Below, in pieces: positions 30,801 to 35,306 of a DNA stretch of 35,306 nt (within the stretch, counting starts at the first letter, position 1; each line of letters starts with the position of its first letter). A model generated the notes under the pieces. That model made no database searches. It saw only the letters and a program-made list of their open reading frames with translations, and was not told the origin of the DNA. The translations under genes and the position numbers were made by a program. This DNA comes from a virus. Taxonomy: Duplodnaviria > Caudoviricetes. Where the stretch lies: the IMG/VR virus record IMGVR_UViG_3300014208_000090, positions 1 through 35,306 of that record. One strand, 5' to 3'.

Positions 30801-31395
30801 GACAACCTTCTTCGGTGCAAATTGCTCTGCCGACTGCAGTTCCCATAGATACAGAATTCGAATACCCGGTTGCGACCTTTCGTGCTAAATCCGGGTAATT
30901 ATGTTTATCTAATGCACACAACGCTATGACGCGTTTTAAATTGCGATCATAATAAGTATCAACTATAAAGCCTCTAACATGATCTACTGAACTTGATTTA
31001 TGATCTATGCAAAGAGGCTTTCCGATCCATTTCTTGTATGCTTTTACAAGTTCTTCTTCAGGAAAGATGTCACCATTAGAATTTTTATACGGCTTAATAC
31101 TTGAATCATTTGTTTCCCAACGCCAAGTATTATCAGATTTATCCCACCCTACTTTAATAGAGTCTCCAGATGCCGTTATTTTTAATGTTCCATCATCATT
31201 TAGAGCGGCAGCTTCGGCAGCATGCATCATAACAGCTGAAAAATATAAGAAATCTTCAGCTTTAGGGGCTATTTTCTTCAGGTTAGCTGCAAATTTCTTG
31301 AAATTTTCTAAAATCTCAGGACTAACAGAGGGAATACAAGATGCAGTATCTTCTATTCTACTAATCTCTATCAACTCGCCATTTTTAATAAACAT
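27847..31395 (-). CDS. Prohead maturation protease fused to scaffold
   Basis: 1182 aa. N-terminal NSNGDIFP..EL..AY..WIGKP..IDH, GFIVD, G....VSMG, C....C...FCTH and ELSIV..GADP.A.I fit a herpes/HK97-type Ser-His protease. Long helical, acidic C-terminal region. Confidence 0.75.
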   Translation of the reverse strand: MFIKNGELIEISRIEDTASCIPSVSPEILENFKKFAANLKKIAPKAEDFLYFSAVMMHAAEAAALNDDGTLKITASGDSIKVGWDKSDNTWRWETNDSSIKPYKNSNGDIFPEEELVKAYKKWIGKPLCIDHKSSSVDHVRGFIVDTYYDRNLKRVIALCALDKHNYPDLARKVATGYSNSVSMGTAVGRAICTEEGCHRVARTEADFCTHMKNKTCYGEINVDLNPIELSIVVNGADPKAHIKHIIAAANTLNTYVEFKEKELNKVADNFSASLQVNKESGETSSINLQSTTLEGLKKDIDNAMEQLGNLTQSLKNTEKDTNDLAFNQSSGTVAMDETVTPNTDSGLATPVRYASTNVEADLVSELRVVTASIEAKLSQMKTSLDKLANTSTSIQEENMSGSNINKQGYFQGAGNENEPSPGKPKYPKEPMNEKLRTDGDKHMDVDDMGSPEQLYPGDLERKKMLARAEAEERAMRRNAVVNLAKQALETKKEAYFQAGDKNPQEPTPGKTKYPPEKLNEQLRDHSDKHMTGQKPFPGVGPVDGMHPSPASADTSDEGKRKDMMQRASLRARFVKASNDDGTQNHGKSGWEVFLGDKLLLTASVDELSGNRANTLYNDIATKAFGAKLIENIKTFGADKVRTLVKGAQAAPPAPPAPAPEAGPTDAAPEGEPAEDTGKSGDPKETALELAEKVRDLSSDLVEAVRALTGEQNEMGGEEGVPNMGAAASETHTLNTLRKELNGALTNAMKESVAELQDHQQELMMIVGMYDKGAVTASNKEFVGSIIEDALVEAKTAVADGFKLMTAFVKYARGTEAIVKRAEIEAELESLATEGDTAMSVTDTDIDSADDLNALITDTDNALNEVNDMIEDVDSGDGPEDEPGSIEDLLEGIGEFGESDEPDESSVASLFNADDNDAINTDNAEKALEIVKKDPNAEVQLASFNSLEGRSALRAKLAADAMKTSPHLHEAHPKGNATTDLDVKPSNNLGVVENLEETHKAMLDLANAPPKVRKEAEAIHRLVSEGKLDPADLDALIAEGLDKDAVAYYKKYWAQVDGGSEFASELIKEHVKAEMEAELNKYRVKMARAYELAYDMVDRGLCHNDRQAVSSQVDEIMKFNDDSFDSLKRVVAKHTPVLRKEAGHIPQVGMIGSGEFAPASSNDDNLVAQLSAALSKTSKGSF

Positions 31396-31398
31396 TAA

Positions 31399-31563
31399 TT
31401 ATCTCCCGCTAGTCTTATTTTGCGAGTCAGAATCAAACTTATCTTCCTTAGAAGATTTTTTCCCGTTCTTAGAAAAATCCTTAAGCTTCTTTTTCTGCTC
31501 ATCAGTCAATTCTTCTTCATCAAGAACAGAGACTATTTTACCATCACCGTGTTTAACAAACAT
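31399..31563 (-). CDS. Small charged protein (54 aa), below the ORF-track cutoff
   Basis: MFVKHGDGKIVSVLDEEELTDEQKKKLKDFSKNGKKSSKEDKFDSDSQNKTSGR*. GGAG RBS. Stops 3 nt before the protease ATG, and its last codons supply GGGAG for the protease. Confidence 0.7.
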   Translation of the reverse strand: MFVKHGDGKIVSVLDEEELTDEQKKKLKDFSKNGKKSSKEDKFDSDSQNKTSGR

Positions 31564-31691
31564 CTTATGCTCTCCAAATTTGGGAGAATCTACATACAGA
31601 TTACAATTATAATGAATTATTGCTACAATTTTCTGTAACGCTATAAGAATATAACATTATTACCATTTTAATACGAAAATTGTTAACCATA

Positions 31692-32330
31692 TTATAATCT
31701 GTCCTTTAATTCCTCATTTAACTGATCCTGCCTCTTGTTAAAAAGATCCATTATTAATGGCGTCTTCTTTTCTATTTTTGTTTGAAGTTCTGTACTAACA
31801 GAATCAACCCAGTTTTTTGCCAATATATTTGATCGAATATGATCTACTATTCTATCATCAGCAATTTCCTCAATATCATCACACTGTTTTTGAATCTCTT
31901 CAATTAATGTAACAATATTTTTTGAAAACTCTTTGTCATCTAAACTATCAAATAACTTTATAAAATCATTTACTTTAACTTCTAAATCATCAATAGCAGA
32001 AACAAAAGATTTCATAAGTTTTATTGTCTGCGTATCTGAAGCAAATGTTTGCATAGCATTAACACATTTAAAAGCTGATATTTTGAATTCGTTAAAATTT
32101 TCAACAGACTGATCTCTAAACCTTCTAATTGCGGCGCGAGCTTTTATTACTGAATCTGGAGTAATATCTGTGTTTTCCTTAAACGGAGTTTTCATAATAT
32201 TTAGATGATCAGAAGCTAATGATAATAACTTTAATGCCGAATTAAAAAAGATAATAGATCTTTCTGCATCTTGTTTTTCAGCATCAGATACTTCGTATGT
32301 CATCTGAACAGTATAAGCTCGTTTAATCAT
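31692..32330 (-). CDS. Hypothetical helical protein
   Basis: Start taken as ATG 32330 (MIKRAY) to minimise overlap with the phosphatase. Amphipathic helical pattern. Confidence 0.6.
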   Translation of the reverse strand: MIKRAYTVQMTYEVSDAEKQDAERSIIFFNSALKLLSLASDHLNIMKTPFKENTDITPDSVIKARAAIRRFRDQSVENFNEFKISAFKCVNAMQTFASDTQTIKLMKSFVSAIDDLEVKVNDFIKLFDSLDDKEFSKNIVTLIEEIQKQCDDIEEIADDRIVDHIRSNILAKNWVDSVSTELQTKIEKKTPLIMDLFNKRQDQLNEELKDRL

Positions 32331-33072
32331 AAAAAAACCCGCCAGCATTTTCTGTAGGTCCAAATCCTCTTCCACCCGAATCATTATTAAATAATCCAAC
32401 TATTGGAACCACATCCTCTTTTTTATTATGTTCTTTTATTGCCTTATAATTTTCTCTAGTTGGTGATTGTTCCAAATCAGATAAATATAAAAAGTCATTA
32501 GGAAATGACTTTGTCTGATCTAAATAGGGGGCAAAAGAACCCTGCTGACCGCTTTCTAAAATACTTCCACGATTATCATCAATATATTCGCGTTCATTGG
32601 AAACTATATCAGCTTCCGCAGAATATTTCTCTGGCTTACAAGCCCTAATTAAATTTTCATATAAATGTGTAATAGATGGATCTACACCTACGCCAAATCC
32701 CAAAGATTTTGCTTCAGCTATTGCTCTGTCTGGATTTTCATGTAGATATTTACATTTAACTAAAGCTATTACTAATCCTGTCCTATCTTTTCCCGCTTGA
32801 CAATGAACAAAAGTTGGTCCATCCTCTAAAAACAATTGTTTAAAATCATGCTGAAATAAAGTCATCAGTGATGACCTTCTACCATCAATAGGTATCATAA
32901 CATGATCAATTCCAAGTTTAATAGCTATATTATGTATCCTGTTACCACTTATTTTATCTAAACTAACAATTCTGTTTATATTAAGTTTATTTTTTAAATT
33001 AACAATATCTACAGGAGACGGCGCACTACCTCTATACAAACCTTTAGTAACCTTTCTAAACCTGCGTATCAT
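32323..33072 (-). CDS. Protein-tyrosine/dual-specificity (CX5R) phosphatase
   Basis: 249 aa. LYRGSAP, IVSLD and P-loop FVHCQAGKDRTG. Low-complexity C-terminal extension. Confidence 0.85.
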   Translation of the reverse strand: MIRRFRKVTKGLYRGSAPSPVDIVNLKNKLNINRIVSLDKISGNRIHNIAIKLGIDHVMIPIDGRRSSLMTLFQHDFKQLFLEDGPTFVHCQAGKDRTGLVIALVKCKYLHENPDRAIAEAKSLGFGVGVDPSITHLYENLIRACKPEKYSAEADIVSNEREYIDDNRGSILESGQQGSFAPYLDQTKSFPNDFLYLSDLEQSPTRENYKAIKEHNKKEDVVPIVGLFNNDSGGRGFGPTENAGGFFYD

Positions 33073-33818
33073 TATAAATTCCTTACAATATTGTTAAGAA
33101 CTTCTCTAATATATCTCGCATTATGATTGAAAAGTACGTGCTTTACAAATGTAAGAGATTGACCTATTGCTGATGATGGTGGTAAATTCTTATTAGAAAT
33201 TTCTATCTCATTAAATGAATAAATCTTTCTCTTCAAACTATTTAATGCATTTGGTCTTTTTTCTGGAGTTATTCTAGTTAGTGTAAACCTAATAATATCA
33301 GCAAGATATTTTCCAACTAATCTTGGATCTCCTAATTCAGTTACAGCAGCATTCTTTACAATATCCATGTTCATTTTTATCTTATGTTGCTTATTAAACA
33401 ATATAAGTGCATTTTGCATTGCTATAGATTCAGGCTTTTGCAAACCATCTCTGATTGCTCTGTTAAATTGATCATTATAAATCTTTAAAAATTCTTTAAC
33501 ACATTCTTTTGGAGCATTTTTTCTTAATTTTCTAAGCAATGCTGAATAAGATAATTCTTCAACTTCGCTTAAATCAATAACAGATTTAGCTTCATCTTCA
33601 GCCTTATTATTATCTTCAATATGCTTAAAGAATTCAATCTGCTTTAATCTTTTTTTCGCTGCGTCTTTTGATTTGTAAGTTCCTAAATTTTTTCCCTTTT
33701 CAGATAAAACACGATACTTGCCATTTGGCAATCTTTTGATAACAGCAATCTTCATCAAACTTGTATCACAAGCTTCCTTATACTCAATAGCTAATTTCAA
33801 AAGATTATCGTTGTTCAT
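33072..33818 (-). CDS. Basic hypothetical protein with short phage head-protein-type motif
   Basis: Start taken as ATG 33818. IKRLPNGKYRVLSEKGKNLGTYKSKDAAKKRLKQIEFFKH. TAATG-coupled to the phosphatase. Confidence 0.55.
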   Translation of the reverse strand: MNNDNLLKLAIEYKEACDTSLMKIAVIKRLPNGKYRVLSEKGKNLGTYKSKDAAKKRLKQIEFFKHIEDNNKAEDEAKSVIDLSEVEELSYSALLRKLRKNAPKECVKEFLKIYNDQFNRAIRDGLQKPESIAMQNALILFNKQHKIKMNMDIVKNAAVTELGDPRLVGKYLADIIRFTLTRITPEKRPNALNSLKRKIYSFNEIEISNKNLPPSSAIGQSLTFVKHVLFNHNARYIREVLNNIVRNL

Positions 33819-33819
33819 T

Positions 33820-34227
33820 TTATTTTTTATTTGCAAGTTCTTTAAGTAAGAAAGCTTCACGACTTCTTAAAAAGATATCATCAATAATACCGTTACCGTC
33901 CACTTCACATAATCCTCTAACTGACCTTTCGCTAATAAAAATTTGTTTACCCATTTTACTTACATTATTGCGCCTATCAATATATGCGCCCTCTATTACT
34001 AAACATTCCTTATAAGCGGCAATAACTTTCCCAAAGAAAATAGTTGGATACGGCGTCGATACTTGCTCTGTACTTACAGTTTCATAAGCATCACCAAGAT
34101 ATACTTCTACGTATTTATCTTTAAATAACTCATACCAGAATTCAGCAATTGTCGCATGTCCCTTCCTATGCGAATTAATTTCTTTCATTCTTTCTATCAT
34201 ACTGTCTAACTGGTCTTGTGGTATCAT
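33820..34227 (-). CDS. Hypothetical protein, paralog of 34227-34649
   Basis: 135 aa. EVYLGDAYE, GKVI.AY.ECL, GKQIFISER and RGLCEVDG.GIIDDIF.RSRE are shared. Confidence 0.7.
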   Translation of the reverse strand: MIPQDQLDSMIERMKEINSHRKGHATIAEFWYELFKDKYVEVYLGDAYETVSTEQVSTPYPTIFFGKVIAAYKECLVIEGAYIDRRNNVSKMGKQIFISERSVRGLCEVDGNGIIDDIFLRSREAFLLKELANKK

Positions 34228-34649
34228 TATTTTTTCTCCATAAGATCCATAATTTTAAGTTCAATTGTTTCGCGACTTCTTATAAAAATATCATCAATAA
34301 TACCCCTGCCATCTACTTCACATAATCCCCTAATTGCTCTTTCACTAATAAAAATTTGTTTACCAGACTTATAAGATACGTTCTTCATATTTCTGTCTCG
34401 CGTCAATCTCCTGTCAATATATGAGCCTTCCATTATTAAACACTCTCTATATGCGCCTATAACTTTTCCAGAAAATACTGCAGGATATGTAGTGGAAATT
34501 TGCTCACTATTTACTTCTTCATATGCGTCGCCAAGATATACTTCTATAAACTTACCTTTAAATAATTTGCATAAAAATTCGGCAACTGTAGCGTCTCTAT
34601 CTACATTTAATTCATCAACTACACTGGTTAACGCTTCTCGTGGTATCAT
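34227..34649 (-). CDS. Hypothetical protein, paralog of 33820-34227
   Basis: 140 aa. AAGGA RBS. TAATG overlap with its paralog. Confidence 0.7.
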   Translation of the reverse strand: MIPREALTSVVDELNVDRDATVAEFLCKLFKGKFIEVYLGDAYEEVNSEQISTTYPAVFSGKVIGAYRECLIMEGSYIDRRLTRDRNMKNVSYKSGKQIFISERAIRGLCEVDGRGIIDDIFIRSRETIELKIMDLMEKK

Positions 34650-34661
34650 TAAAATCCTTAT

Positions 34662-35306
34662 TTATGCAAACTTAAGAAGAAATTTTCTATAGTTTATTAA
34701 GGCTGCAGAGCTACTTATTACTGAATAAGATGACTTTTTATTAATAACTGTACTTGCATTAATATTAATTCCTCCAACTTTAGATGTGGCTATTTTAAAT
34801 ACATCTGCCAAGGAAGAAGCTAATTGTGTAATGGTGCTAGCACATAAATCTTTTGGTCCCTGAATATCACATTGTACTTCTATGTTTTTACCATCAGAAT
34901 GAATATGCGCGGTTGCAATTAATTCTTCATTTAACGCAGAACATAAAATACGCCCAAATTCTATGGCATGGTTAGTCTCTGTTGCTAATATTGGAATAAC
35001 AAAATGATGCGTTGGCAATAATGCTTTGTATAATTGTTTGTGATGTTTTTCTGAAGCACGAACTTGCTGTAACATCTGCTCTACCAATGACATTACTTCT
35101 GGTTGAGAGTTAGCATCAGGAGTAATATTTGTGTTTTGAGGCTTTGTATATACATTCATTAATTGCTCCCACCTATCATTTTTGTCTGTTGTAGATTCTG
35201 GTGTTGTTACAGATTTTTTAGACCATGTTTTTACACCCGCCAAATAATCCTCCACTGACGCAGTAAAATAATGATTATTTTTTAGTTCAGTAACAAATCC
35301 CTCAAT
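34662..35306 (-). CDS. Hypothetical protein, probably 5'-truncated
   Basis: The frame stays open upstream of the GTG at 35255 to the window edge (IEGFVTELKNNHYFTASV...). Confidence 0.6.
   Translation of the reverse strand: MEGFVTELKNNHYFTASVEDYLAGVKTWSKKSVTTPESTTDKNDRWEQLMNVYTKPQNTNITPDANSQPEVMSLVEQMLQQVRASEKHHKQLYKALLPTHHFVIPILATETNHAIEFGRILCSALNEELIATAHIHSDGKNIEVQCDIQGPKDLCASTITQLASSLADVFKIATSKVGGININASTVINKKSSYSVISSSAALINYRKFLLKFA

Noticed and set aside
27082-31638. Plus-strand ORFs over the protease/scaffold region (e.g. 31007-31612, 28649-29119, 27082-27480)
   Set aside because: Antisense shadows of well-supported minus-strand genes, with no recognisable motifs.
1-35306. Stop-codon reassignment, CRISPR array, tRNA genes, introns/inteins
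   Set aside because: Genes are full length and densely packed under code 11, ending in TAA or TGA where checked. I saw no repeat-spacer array, cloverleaf or splicing motif by eye.

Overview
This AT-rich window reads as the virion-morphogenesis region of a large (jumbo/huge-type) tailed bacteriophage. It uses the standard genetic code and lies almost entirely on the minus strand. In transcription order (right to left): a truncated hypothetical gene, a paralog pair, a basic head-type protein, a CX5R tyrosine/dual-specificity phosphatase, a 1182-aa prohead protease/scaffold, about eight putative head-associated proteins sharing short motifs, two paralogous capsid decoration-like proteins and an HK97-fold major capsid protein. 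A tRNA CCA-adding enzyme follows on the plus strand. Last is a fibre module: a 1996-aa Thr-rich collagen, six tandem ~330-aa paralogs and a GT2-TPR-GT4 glycosyltransferase that the ORF track missed because it runs off the left edge. Two candidate systems stand out. (1) A motif-based head targeting/processing scheme: an 'AHP...E...KMPxG' motif shared with the scaffold, an 'LD..G...A' helix motif, and K-x-A sites. (2) A putative glycosylated giant collagen fibre with a mosaic six-paralog array. All calls come from reading motifs by eye; no database searches were run.
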